Origin: an uncultured Spirochaetales bacterium
GTDB taxonomy: Bacteria; Spirochaetota; Spirochaetia; Sphaerochaetales; Sphaerochaetaceae
Direction of reading: 5' to 3'
DNA: 64,000 nucleotides
NCBI GenBank assembly: GCA_949283235.1
Contig: CASDRY010000143.1
Span: 3,401-67,400 of the forward strand
The position numbers and the translations under genes were made by a program. The notes beneath the pieces are model-generated. The model searched no databases, was not told the origin of the DNA, and saw only the letters and a program-made list of their open reading frames with translations. Of the stretch, positions 36,028-45,258 are shown in pieces. The number at the start of each line of letters is the position of its first letter. Position 1 is the stretch's first letter.

Positions 36028-37495
36028 CGTTTTCAACCTCCGCAGGATTCTTCCTTACCTTATCCATATATTCGCCCGGTGTCATCCCTGTATAACGTCT
36101 GAAGATATGGAAGAAGTATCCAGGATTGCTGTAGCCAACTTTCTCCGCTATCTCGCTCACAGTACTCTGATGATATACAGACATAAGCTTTCTTGCCTCA
36201 TTCACCCGCATTGTATTCAGGTAATCCGTAAAACGCTGCCCTATCTCCTTCTGGAACAACCTTGAAAGATACTCCGGATTCATATAGACAACATTCTCAG
36301 AGATCCACTTGAGGGAAATCTCGGGATTGGAGAAATTCTCATTTATGTATCTTATGATTGTCTCAACAGGGAATGGATCTCTATCACGCGGAACTTTATG
36401 TTCGATAAACGATCTGGCAAGAGAGATAAGATCCTCAGTGTTCTTCACACTGCCTAGCTGTTTGAAGATGAGCTCATAATCCGCGGCCCTCATCGTCATT
36501 CTGATGAAAAGCGCTTCCGCATCATCTATGCTTTTTGCTCTGAAAGCTTTTTCTATATCATCAATAAGGAGTGGATCTCTCTCTCCTGCAAGAGCAGCCC
36601 TATAACGCTCAACAAGAGGGTTATCGAGATCATTATGAGTCTGATGAATCTTCACGATCTCCCTTCTGCCGTCATCGGAGAAGATCGAAGCTTCCGAAAC
36701 AACGCTCACGTTCTGGACAAACACAGTTACAAGCTCCTCTGGAGTTCCTCTCAGTACATTTACAACAACACCCCGCCTTGAGGTTATCTCACTCTTCATC
36801 CTCTCGACAGCAGCTATTGAAGAGATATCCAGAGTAAGGAATACCTTGCCTCCTACTGCTATCGGGAAAACAGGCATCCTTATCCCCTGCTCCTTTATCA
36901 CAGGGAGTATAAGATCAACGAATCTATCCGCTTCAAGGACCTGGGTTACTATCATTGTGAGGATTTCTTCAGGATTGAATGAAATAAGACGATGGCATCG
37001 TTTTATCACATCGGAAATAGAAGCGGAATCAGATAGGACTTCTATAAGCATGCTCCTCTGAAGATAGAATAGATACCGGTCCTTCGCAATGTCTATCTCC
37101 TCTCCGCTTTCCCTCTTTCTCTCCTCGATTTCTGCTTTCACTTCCTTGAGATTCGCAACAAGATCCTCTTTCAGCGCAGGCTTCAGCATATAATGCTTCA
37201 CACCATAGCGCATCGCGCGCTGTGCATATTCAAATTCACCAAAACCTGAGAGGATTATGAATTCTGTATTCTTCAGCTTGGAATGAACTCGCTTTATAAG
37301 CTCCAATCCATCCAGCTTGGGCATCCTGAGATCTGTTATGACAATATCTGGGCGGAACTTGACAATAAGCTCATAGGCTTCCTCCCCATCTGAGGCAACA
37401 GCCTCCAAGCTTATCCCTAGATCCTTCCATGGAATCCACTTAGCCATAGAAGTGCGTACAATCTCTTCATCATCTGCCAATACTGCTGTAATCAT
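36020..37495 (-). CDS. response regulator with AraC-type HTH output (YesN-like)
   Basis: Receiver domain (ADDEE...ITDLRMPKLDG) and a C-terminal AraC HTH (GYSNPGYFFHIFRRYTGMTPGEY). Confidence 0.85.
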   Translation of the reverse strand: MITAVLADDEEIVRTSMAKWIPWKDLGISLEAVASDGEEAYELIVKFRPDIVITDLRMPKLDGLELIKRVHSKLKNTEFIILSGFGEFEYAQRAMRYGVKHYMLKPALKEDLVANLKEVKAEIEERKRESGEEIDIAKDRYLFYLQRSMLIEVLSDSASISDVIKRCHRLISFNPEEILTMIVTQVLEADRFVDLILPVIKEQGIRMPVFPIAVGGKVFLTLDISSIAAVERMKSEITSRRGVVVNVLRGTPEELVTVFVQNVSVVSEASIFSDDGRREIVKIHQTHNDLDNPLVERYRAALAGERDPLLIDDIEKAFRAKSIDDAEALFIRMTMRAADYELIFKQLGSVKNTEDLISLARSFIEHKVPRDRDPFPVETIIRYINENFSNPEISLKWISENVVYMNPEYLSRLFQKEIGQRFTDYLNTMRVNEARKLMSVYHQSTVSEIAEKVGYSNPGYFFHIFRRYTGMTPGEYMDKVRKNPAEVENDE

Positions 37496-39170
37496 CCTGC
37501 CTCCATGGTACGGTGAAAGAAACTATAGCTCTTCCATTCTCATTTCTGAAATAAAGATGGGATTCCTCTCCGAAAAGAAGATTAAGCCTCTCATCGATAT
37601 TCTGAAGCCCTATCCTTTCCGTAGATGATGAGACAATCCCTTCCCTAAGCTTCTCCGCCATATTCTCAGGAAATGCCGAGCCTGTATTCGACACCTCGAA
37701 AAGAACTCCGTGCTCTGTAATATGACAGCTTACCTCTATCTCCGTTCTTATTCCATTCTCCTCCACTGAATGCTTCACCGCATTCTCAACCAATGGCTGG
37801 AGGGAGAATTTAGGTATCATTGTATCCATGACCTCTTCAGGAACAGAGACACTATAGCGAATCGAATCGGGGAACCTGCTTCTCTGGATATCAAGGAAGC
37901 TTTCAAGAAGCTCCAGTTCCTTATGCACAGTGACAAGATCCTCTGAAGAGACTGCGGCACGGAAAAGAGATGCTAGAGAATAGCTCATAGAAGCTATATC
38001 ATCTGCATTGTATTTCTGGCTCATCCAGTAAATAGAATCGAGGACATTGTAAAGGAAATGAGGATTGATCTGCTGCGTCAGTATCTTTATTGAGCTATCC
38101 TTCATCATGATTTCTCTCTGGTAATTATCCTCAACGATTTCCTTGTAGCCTTTTGCCATGTTATCGAAATGATCATTGAGCTGTGCTATCTCATCTGAAC
38201 CTGGAAGAGATGGAATGGAGGTAACATTGCTTCCCTTCTCAAACGCATCCATTTTTTCCCTGAGCGCATTTATCCTTGAGAGCATCCTCTTCACGATATG
38301 ATTCAGCAACAGCAGGAACAGAATCAGCATGATAAGAAGAACAGCGAAAGCACCTACAACACGCTGGATAATACCTCCATACAATGAATCCTGAGGTACA
38401 GCATCGATATAGGAAATTCCGCTCTGAGGAAGCACTCCCCTGTAGATATAGCATGGAATATTCCCGACAGAGGCTACGACTTCATAGCTAGAAGGAAGCT
38501 TCTCCCCTTCAGGATACTCCGAATAGAGAAGCCTTCCGTCATATGAAAAGACAAGCCTCATTCCAGCATTGGAGAAATCTTCCCGGAGCATCGAGGAGAG
38601 TGTCGTGACATCAATTCGTATCAAGAGGATGGCAAGCTCATCAAGGGAGAGAAATTCCTGTCTCCTTATAGTCCTGACAAGGTAGATGCTTCCATCATCG
38701 CTTCCGAGCCATACAGGGGCGCCTTCAGCAGAACGAGCAAGAGAAATTGCATCTGAAAGAGATGAGGAAGAGAGCGCCATACCGCTCCCGCTTCCAGCAA
38801 TCCTTCCATCTCCTGCAATCGAGATGTCAACAATGAGAGAAGATGAATCAAGGAACGTACTGAGCCGTGCTATGACATCACCCCACAACCCATCTTCGAG
38901 ACTTTCACCATCTCCATCCTTTATCGTGGAGAGTGTTGACTGGAAGAAATCATCAGTAACGATAAGGTCACTCAGCAAGAGCGCGGAAGAGAAAACTGAG
39001 TCTGCTCTCGAAAGACTATTCCGGGTATTCTCACTGTTGATTGAATAAACCTGCCTGTCATACTCATTCTTTAGGCCATTGAGGAGCAATACAACTACGA
39101 TGAGCATTGAGCAGAAGAAAGCTACGAGTATCAAAGATAGTTTCTTCGATAGAGTCAGAGTTGGCTTCAT
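37470..39170 (-). CDS. sensor histidine kinase (YesM-like, internal His_kinase family)
   Basis: N-terminal TM, periplasmic domain, second TM plus HAMP. H-box NPHFLYNVLDSI, N-box LQPLVENAVKH. Confidence 0.85.
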   Translation of the reverse strand: MKPTLTLSKKLSLILVAFFCSMLIVVVLLLNGLKNEYDRQVYSINSENTRNSLSRADSVFSSALLLSDLIVTDDFFQSTLSTIKDGDGESLEDGLWGDVIARLSTFLDSSSLIVDISIAGDGRIAGSGSGMALSSSSLSDAISLARSAEGAPVWLGSDDGSIYLVRTIRRQEFLSLDELAILLIRIDVTTLSSMLREDFSNAGMRLVFSYDGRLLYSEYPEGEKLPSSYEVVASVGNIPCYIYRGVLPQSGISYIDAVPQDSLYGGIIQRVVGAFAVLLIMLILFLLLLNHIVKRMLSRINALREKMDAFEKGSNVTSIPSLPGSDEIAQLNDHFDNMAKGYKEIVEDNYQREIMMKDSSIKILTQQINPHFLYNVLDSIYWMSQKYNADDIASMSYSLASLFRAAVSSEDLVTVHKELELLESFLDIQRSRFPDSIRYSVSVPEEVMDTMIPKFSLQPLVENAVKHSVEENGIRTEIEVSCHITEHGVLFEVSNTGSAFPENMAEKLREGIVSSSTERIGLQNIDERLNLLFGEESHLYFRNENGRAIVSFTVPWRQDDYSSIGR

Positions 39171-40387
39171 TCACCCCCTCCTGCCCTCAAGAGAATCCTA
39201 TTCGCTTCAGCAACAAACTCATCAGCAGCCTCTTCTGCTGAGAGCTTTCCAAGCTTAGCCTCATACTCTGTCAGCTTTCTTGCTATCTCTGGTGTTCCTA
39301 TAGGGGGAATTGAAACATCGGAAGAGTAAGCACTGTCAGAAAGAGGTGTTCCAAATGCTCTTCCGATTATCCTTCCCGCCTCCTCGGAAAACAAAAGCCA
39401 ATCAAGGAAAACCAATGCTTCATTGTTTTCTGTTGTAAGAGATAGATAAGCATAGGGATAAGGCGAGGAGTAAGGAATGAGCGCTGTACCATCACCTTCT
39501 TTAATCTCATTGGAAGGAGAGAAGCTATTCCATGCCTCTCCTGATAGTGAAGTTGTAAAATATGGATGTGATTCAAGACGATCCAGAATTGAGAAGTACC
39601 GCCTTGTGCTGCTGCTATCCAGAGCTTTTATCTCACTATATATATCGCTCCCATGATACCCCGCTACAGCTTCAAGGAAGTCAATACCAATAGATGCAGA
39701 AGTCTTAATACCTTTCTTTATATAAACTTCCTCTCCGATTCTCTCTATTTCATCAATCGTTACAGGACTCTTAACTGTTATTCCGAGTTTATCGAGGAGC
39801 ACTTTATCATAGAGCATGACATCAGAGACAATTCCCATCGGGATACTGAAGCCGAAAGATGGAATGGGAACAACGAGCGACCTCGCGATGAATGTGGAAA
39901 GATGAATCCTATCCATTTCTATGATATCAGAAAGCTTCCCGATAGCGGCATCGGACGCGATATTTCCCCAGTATCCAGAGTAATCAATAAACTCTGCTTT
40001 GACTGTCACTCCAGGATTCAGGCTCTCAAAGACCTCTATGGCCTCCTCAATGAGAACCCTACGCTCCCCACTTTCCCACATAGATATCGTGACAACTGCT
40101 TCAGTATCCTTTTCATTTCTATATGGGATGTTTCCAAGAAGTCCGCTTCCGGAGAAAACCGGACTGGAGACATTTTCTTTCACAACCGCAACCGGCTCAG
40201 GAGGTATCTCTTCAGCAATTTCTGGTTCGATTTCAGGAATCACCTCTTCAGAGGAAGGTGGAGATATAGGTTCTTCAGGTAATGTCGCACATGAAAAAAG
40301 CCCAATGCAAAGGAAAACAGTACAAAAATAAATTCTCAGGCTTTTCCATATTCTGGATATCATTTTCCAACCCCTTTGTAACATCAT
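39167..40387 (-). CDS. solute-binding-protein-like lipoprotein (probable sensory partner of the kinase)
   Basis: Lipobox IGLFSC and a Pro/Glu-rich linker (EIPPEP...). Family-1 SBP-like body. ATGA overlap with the kinase gene. Confidence 0.65.
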   Translation of the reverse strand: MMLQRGWKMISRIWKSLRIYFCTVFLCIGLFSCATLPEEPISPPSSEEVIPEIEPEIAEEIPPEPVAVVKENVSSPVFSGSGLLGNIPYRNEKDTEAVVTISMWESGERRVLIEEAIEVFESLNPGVTVKAEFIDYSGYWGNIASDAAIGKLSDIIEMDRIHLSTFIARSLVVPIPSFGFSIPMGIVSDVMLYDKVLLDKLGITVKSPVTIDEIERIGEEVYIKKGIKTSASIGIDFLEAVAGYHGSDIYSEIKALDSSSTRRYFSILDRLESHPYFTTSLSGEAWNSFSPSNEIKEGDGTALIPYSSPYPYAYLSLTTENNEALVFLDWLLFSEEAGRIIGRAFGTPLSDSAYSSDVSIPPIGTPEIARKLTEYEAKLGKLSAEEAADEFVAEANRILLRAGGGE

Positions 40388-40591
40388 ACACCATACAAAA
40401 TATGTTTTCCTCTGTTTTCTACACTAAGTAAATCGTATTTTTGCATTCTGTTATCCAGAGATTTAAGATAGAGTATGCTTGTCAAACGGGAGAACAATGA
40501 CTGGTCTGAATCATGTAAAGCATGAAAAGACATTGGCCCTATCGGTTCCGATCCCCCCTTCTTTTTCCGATAGGTGTCCGCTATTCCCTCG

Positions 40592-40630
40592 GGCTATGCT
40601 TGAGAGCATGAGAGCATAGCCTTTTATTTT
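40592..40630 (+). terminator. hairpin plus T-tract oriented for a plus-strand transcript (overlaps the stop of the minus-strand EEP gene)
   Basis: GGCTATGCT (40592..40600) pairs with AGCATAGCC (40613..40621), followed by TTTTATTTT on the + strand. On the - strand no U-tract follows the hairpin. Confidence 0.5.
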
Positions 40631-41577
40631 GCCCTTATGCGAAGTGTTACAGGAAAGTGATCTGAGTAGCCATAACCAATCGAGGAATCATACTTAAGCG
40701 GTCTATCAAGCATATCCTTCATATTCCGGTTCACTTTGATTTCCACGCTGTCATATTCAAATCCTTTTCCGTCCCAGCACTCTGAAGTCATGAGAACATT
40801 GTCATAAAGATACCAGCTGCCTTCATAGAAGTAAGTTCCCTTTTCAGTGAGGATTATGTCCGGGTCCACAAGCGGAGAATAATAAAGCTTTTCACCTGCT
40901 TTTGAAGGATCTCCTGTTATATGAAAAGCGTTATCAGGGTTATACAAATCGGGGAAAAGCGTGAAAGGGCCTGTCAGTCTCGGATCGAAATTGAAATCTC
41001 CAACTGCAATGGAAAGTATGCCAGCACTCTCTTCCATCAGATGCGAAAGATGCATCGACTGCTCATATCTCTCGCTGTCACCTCCATCAAGCTGACTCCT
41101 GAAATGCACTCCGAATATCCGGATAACCTCTCCATTTGAAAGGAAAGAGAGTTCCAGTATCGGGCGACAGCCCGGATAGAAATGGAGAGCCCCTGATAAT
41201 GGCTCCGTTTTCGAGATGAAGCCTACATACAATCCACCGCTTCCATCATCTGCAAGTCCATAATACTGATAGCCTTTCTCATCAAGTCCAGCATCGAGGA
41301 GATCTGAAAGCACTTCCACGCTCTCAACTTCCTGAAGGATTATTACATCGGAAGTGGAGTAATCACGGCCAAGGAGCACTGCAAGCTCCCTGATCCGATT
41401 CCTATACGCTTCTCCATCATAGCCATCAGAATGGCTGAAACCATCAAATTCGGTTCCATCATCATAACCATCAAACAAAGCATATGCGTTATAGGTGGTG
41501 ACTTCAAAGAATGCCGTCTCAGGGGACGGCACACACGAAACAAATAGAACAATGAGAGATATAAGATAAAGCCTCAT
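40624..41577 (-). CDS. endonuclease/exonuclease/phosphatase (EEP) family lipoprotein
   Basis: Lipobox VLFVSC. EEP-like motifs (TYNAY..., ILQEVE, GDFNFD, SDHFPV). Confidence 0.75.
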   Translation of the reverse strand: MRLYLISLIVLFVSCVPSPETAFFEVTTYNAYALFDGYDDGTEFDGFSHSDGYDGEAYRNRIRELAVLLGRDYSTSDVIILQEVESVEVLSDLLDAGLDEKGYQYYGLADDGSGGLYVGFISKTEPLSGALHFYPGCRPILELSFLSNGEVIRIFGVHFRSQLDGGDSERYEQSMHLSHLMEESAGILSIAVGDFNFDPRLTGPFTLFPDLYNPDNAFHITGDPSKAGEKLYYSPLVDPDIILTEKGTYFYEGSWYLYDNVLMTSECWDGKGFEYDSVEIKVNRNMKDMLDRPLKYDSSIGYGYSDHFPVTLRIRAK

Positions 41578-41608
41578 ACAGTATATACGCTGTAAGTGGC
41601 TATTCTTG

Positions 41609-42178
41609 TCAGATTTCGCTCTTATTCTTTACGATTCTTGAAAGCATTCCATAGCTGAGAGCCTCTTCAGCACTCATCCAGCAATCGCGCTCCGTATCAT
41701 TCTCGACTTCGCTTACATTCTTTCCAGTCGCATCAGCTATAACCTGATCAAGCTTATGTCTTAGAGCTTCAATCTTCTCAGCATAGATTGCCACATCGAT
41801 AGCAACACCCTTCAGCTGGGAAAGCGGCTGATGGATGAGATATGTGGAATTAGGGAATCCTACCCTTCTCTCTCTTGGAACTGCAAGGAAGATGAGAGCA
41901 GCTGCAGATGCAACAAGTCCCATTCCCACTACTGTCACAGGGGATGCGACAAAACGGATCATATCATAGATTGCAAAACCGGAATCGACATCTCCTCCTG
42001 GGCTGTTTATATAAACATAAATCGGATCAGAGGACTCGCTGTCAAGAACCAGCATCTGGCGGGCAAACTCATCTGCCCTATCTTTGTTTATCTCTCCGGA
42101 GATGATGACAGTCCTTGTCTTCAGAAGTCTGTCATTAAGCCCTGGCTCCGGCTTGTATTCATTCTTTTCGTTTTCCAT
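41609..42178 (-). CDS. clpP: ATP-dependent Clp protease proteolytic subunit
   Basis: RTVIISGEI..., YINSPGG, catalytic region GLVASAAALIF, YLIHQP, ERD...AEEALSYG. Confidence 0.9.
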   Translation of the reverse strand: MENEKNEYKPEPGLNDRLLKTRTVIISGEINKDRADEFARQMLVLDSESSDPIYVYINSPGGDVDSGFAIYDMIRFVASPVTVVGMGLVASAAALIFLAVPRERRVGFPNSTYLIHQPLSQLKGVAIDVAIYAEKIEALRHKLDQVIADATGKNVSEVENDTERDCWMSAEEALSYGMLSRIVKNKSEI

Positions 42179-42397
42179 GATTCAAATAATAACTGCAACA
42201 AATCATTGGGTCTAGCCTCATCATCTTGCCATGTTCGATGAAGATAAAATGTGCGTTGTAAGTGAGGTTCTCGGTTGTGCCAAATCCCAGAAGGGAGAAG
42301 CATACAATAACTATCCGGATTCTCAAGATTCTACATTATAGTGGTTTGGGGCTTAATCTCGTATTGAAATTCAGATATTAGGACTTTCTTTTCGATG

Positions 42398-42430
42398 AAA
42401 TAATATTAAAGGAGCCTCAAGCGAGACTCC
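42398..42430 (-). terminator. intrinsic terminator after the 42448 lipoprotein gene
   Basis: Minus-strand GGAGUCUC-gcuu-GAGGCUCC (42430..42411), followed by UUUAAUAUUAUUU. Confidence 0.7.
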
Positions 42431-42447
42431 CTTATGTTTATCTGTTA

Positions 42448-43983
42448 TCAGATTTCATAGATCTGATGCACATCCATAGAGCTATAGGATATTAAGGTTT
42501 CTTTGCCAGTTGATGGGTTATATTCATATGTACCTACATCAGTACCATTACCCATGTACCTATGGTATATGATATTACCGCTGCCTGTCGCGCTGAGCTC
42601 ATCAGAAGCAAGCCCGCCATCTACTTTGATGGTCTTAAGTACTCCGGAACTGAAGTCCGCCCAAAAGATGGTTCCGCTTGATGCATTATCCACCCAGAAC
42701 ATTGCCTTCTCAGAAGCAGATGCCTTTTCGCTCAGCGGATAGGGGAAATACGAGCCGTGTTCCAGCCTGATTACATTTATGTCCGAGAGATTTCCATTTA
42801 CGTCGGCCTTGAACCATATCAGCGCAGGTTCCAAAAGATAGTTCTCCGCACGGATTAGGAATGACTCGCTTTCTCCATAGAAAGAGATGCCGGAATTCTT
42901 CACAATCGTTCCTTCTGGATTGCTCACGAAGCCAGAGGCAATCGGATTGCTCATGCCTTCGCCAATCGTGAGCGAGAGGTCACTGTTGACAGTGAGGGGA
43001 TATATTGTGAGCCCATATTCATTGTCACTCGTGTTGCGGTCTCTGAGAAAGAGATTATTGCCTACGCGGAAGATCATATTCTGCAGAGGATCGTCGCTAC
43101 CAGACATATCGATTCTCTTATACGCATCAGGATTCTTTGCGTTGTAGATTTCGATATACCCATTGCTCTGCGGACCGAGTTCTTCTTGAGTGTACTGATA
43201 AATTGCGTAATTATCGGTATAGATGGTGGCATTCTCCTTCAATGGCTTGAATTCCGAATTGTTCACCGAGACCATCCTCTCTGGATTGTTCTTGTCGAAG
43301 CTATATAGTGCATTACTTTTCGTTAGGAGATAAATCCTGTTGTCCGAGTACCCATACGTATCATCAATACTGTCCAGAAGCCTGAAATCGAGGTCTTTTG
43401 AAGCAGGCTGTGTGTAAGGCGAATTCAGAAGATATGCTTCGCCTGTCTCCGTATTGATAAAGGCAATGTTTTCCTTCCGGCTTACGCTGACAGCATTGAT
43501 TTCAAGTACGATATCTAGGATATTCTCGAGAGCATCTTTTATGGGTTCTAGCAGAGGAAATGAGTCTATAACGACAAGCCTGTCAAAGATTGCAAGAAAA
43601 GTTCCGTTCCCAGTATCGACAATCTCAACATTTCCATTGTTGCAGTTTCTTGAAGCGCCAAGGATGATGTCTGTGCCGTCGTCCGTGGTGAAGAGCATAG
43701 GGCTGAAAAGGCCGTTTGACATATGCCCTGAAAGATAGCTCACTATATCTGAGATATCTACATATTTTGTATTTGCTAATGTGGCGGTACTTACAGATGA
43801 GGTTTGTGTTGACTCAACGAAATCAAATGAAGCGATTGCAGTTGCTCCTGTCAAATCGACAGAAAGCCTCTGCGATGTGATGGAGACATCCCCTTCGCTG
43901 TCTTGGTTATCATCTGCTGGATTCGGTGTGCAAGATGCAAAAAGCATAATCGCCAAGGCCAACAGACCGACAAGTTTCTTCAT
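42448..43983 (-). CDS. hypothetical lipoprotein (beta-rich)
   Basis: Start set at the ATG at 43983, which has GGAGGA 4 nt upstream. Lipobox IMLFASC. No recognisable family. Confidence 0.7.
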   Translation of the reverse strand: MKKLVGLLALAIMLFASCTPNPADDNQDSEGDVSITSQRLSVDLTGATAIASFDFVESTQTSSVSTATLANTKYVDISDIVSYLSGHMSNGLFSPMLFTTDDGTDIILGASRNCNNGNVEIVDTGNGTFLAIFDRLVVIDSFPLLEPIKDALENILDIVLEINAVSVSRKENIAFINTETGEAYLLNSPYTQPASKDLDFRLLDSIDDTYGYSDNRIYLLTKSNALYSFDKNNPERMVSVNNSEFKPLKENATIYTDNYAIYQYTQEELGPQSNGYIEIYNAKNPDAYKRIDMSGSDDPLQNMIFRVGNNLFLRDRNTSDNEYGLTIYPLTVNSDLSLTIGEGMSNPIASGFVSNPEGTIVKNSGISFYGESESFLIRAENYLLEPALIWFKADVNGNLSDINVIRLEHGSYFPYPLSEKASASEKAMFWVDNASSGTIFWADFSSGVLKTIKVDGGLASDELSATGSGNIIYHRYMGNGTDVGTYEYNPSTGKETLISYSSMDVHQIYEI

Positions 43984-44373
43984 GTTATCCTCCGTATCCA
44001 ACAGAATATATCATTCTCTTTCAGCAGAATAGGGGCATCTGATTTCATCTACCTCTTTCATTCTTCTTTGTCTTTGCATTCTCGACAAACTATCTGCACC
44101 TTTATTTCACTTTGATAGCTCTTCTTTTCTTATCTTACGGATTCAGATATGAGATGAACAATAAAACTTTTCCCAGATGTAAACTGGATTTTTGAAAGCC
44201 TCAGAAAACGCTGGATTGCTATTGTCACCATATAATGGTCTCAGTTATGTCTTATTCTTTCATAGAAAATCTTCTTCTGGTTAGAGTTTCTTTCATTGGG
44301 GTGTTTTTAGAAGCGTGAGGATTGTAGCAGGGAGCCCCTTGGTCTTGACCAGAGAGTATGTCAAAATGACACC

Positions 44374-45258
44374 ATGAAAGCAGCAACAGTATCTGTAATA
44401 GGAAGGCCATCGGCAGGAAAATCCACATTGGTTAACACAATAACAGGGATGAAAGTCTCCATAACATCCCCCACTCCGCAGACAACAAGGAATAAGATCA
44501 GGGGAATATATACAGATAGCAGGGGACAGCTTATCTTCACAGACACACCGGGGTTTCATCTCTCCGACAAGGAAATAAACAAGAGGATGCAGGATGTGAC
44601 TGTCTCTTCCCTGAAAGATTCCGATATGATTCTCTACCTTCTGGACGGAAAAAGAAAGCCAGGAAAGGAAGAGGATACTATCGCAGAGCTTGCAGCAAGA
44701 GCTGAAGTTCCTGTTGTCGCAGTGCTCAATAAAGCAGATATCCTCACTCCCGATGAAAGAAGAGAGGGAGAGGAATATCTTAAATCAAAGTTTCCCTCCT
44801 CTCCTGTGCTTATAGCTTCTGGGCGTAATGATGAGGGTGTCGATGAAATTCTTATAGAGCTCTTTCGTCTCGCTCCTGAGGGTGAGCTTCTCTATGATGA
44901 GAATGCATATACAGATCAGGACCTAGAGTTCAGGATCTCAGAGATCATAAGGGAGAAGACGATTGAGAACCTAGCAGATGAGATGCCTCATGTGATTTTT
45001 GTGGAAATCGAGGACATGGAGTATGACGAAGGAGAAGGACATGTCTGGATCAGGGCCTCGATAAACACTGAACGAGATGGGCAGAAGGGAATAATCGTCG
45101 GCAAAGGCGGGGAGAATATAAAGAGAATCAGGAAGGAGTCATTCAAGGAGATAAAACGTATATTCCCAGGCTCGAAGCTCACTCTTGATCTCAGAGTCAA
45201 ATCCCAGCCTGGGTGGAGAAAGAACAGCAAGACGCTGGATAGGATATTCAGGAGCTGA
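44374..45258 (+). CDS. era: GTPase Era
   Basis: G1 GRPSAGKST, G3 DTPG, G4 NKAD, and a C-terminal KH domain (VGKGGENIKRI). Confidence 0.92.
   Translation: MKAATVSVIGRPSAGKSTLVNTITGMKVSITSPTPQTTRNKIRGIYTDSRGQLIFTDTPGFHLSDKEINKRMQDVTVSSLKDSDMILYLLDGKRKPGKEEDTIAELAARAEVPVVAVLNKADILTPDERREGEEYLKSKFPSSPVLIASGRNDEGVDEILIELFRLAPEGELLYDENAYTDQDLEFRISEIIREKTIENLADEMPHVIFVEIEDMEYDEGEGHVWIRASINTERDGQKGIIVGKGGENIKRIRKESFKEIKRIFPGSKLTLDLRVKSQPGWRKNSKTLDRIFRS

Noticed and set aside
40544-40554. GGTTCCGATCC, reminiscent of a tRNA T-arm (GGTTCGAATCC). It could have marked a tRNA or an integration-site remnant.
   Set aside because: The flanking bases do not form the 5-bp T stem, position 58 would not be A, and no acceptor or anticodon arms can be drawn. 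Not a tRNA or a convincing fragment.
42179-42397. The 5' region of clpP was checked for CIRCE (TTAGCACTC-N9-GAGTGCTAA) or CtsR-type repeats and for the 60-aa ORF at 42121..42303.
   Set aside because: No such heat-shock operator is present. The ORF overlaps the clpP start in another frame and has no SD.
43984-44373. Unusually long (390-bp) non-coding region between the divergent lipoprotein and era genes. Checked for an RNA gene, riboswitch or small ORF.
   Set aside because: I could identify no stable conserved-looking stem-loops, no terminator, no convincing promoter pair and no ORF with an SD. The 88-aa and 61-aa minus ORFs at 44293..44559 are Cys-rich shadows overlapping the era start. Left unannotated.
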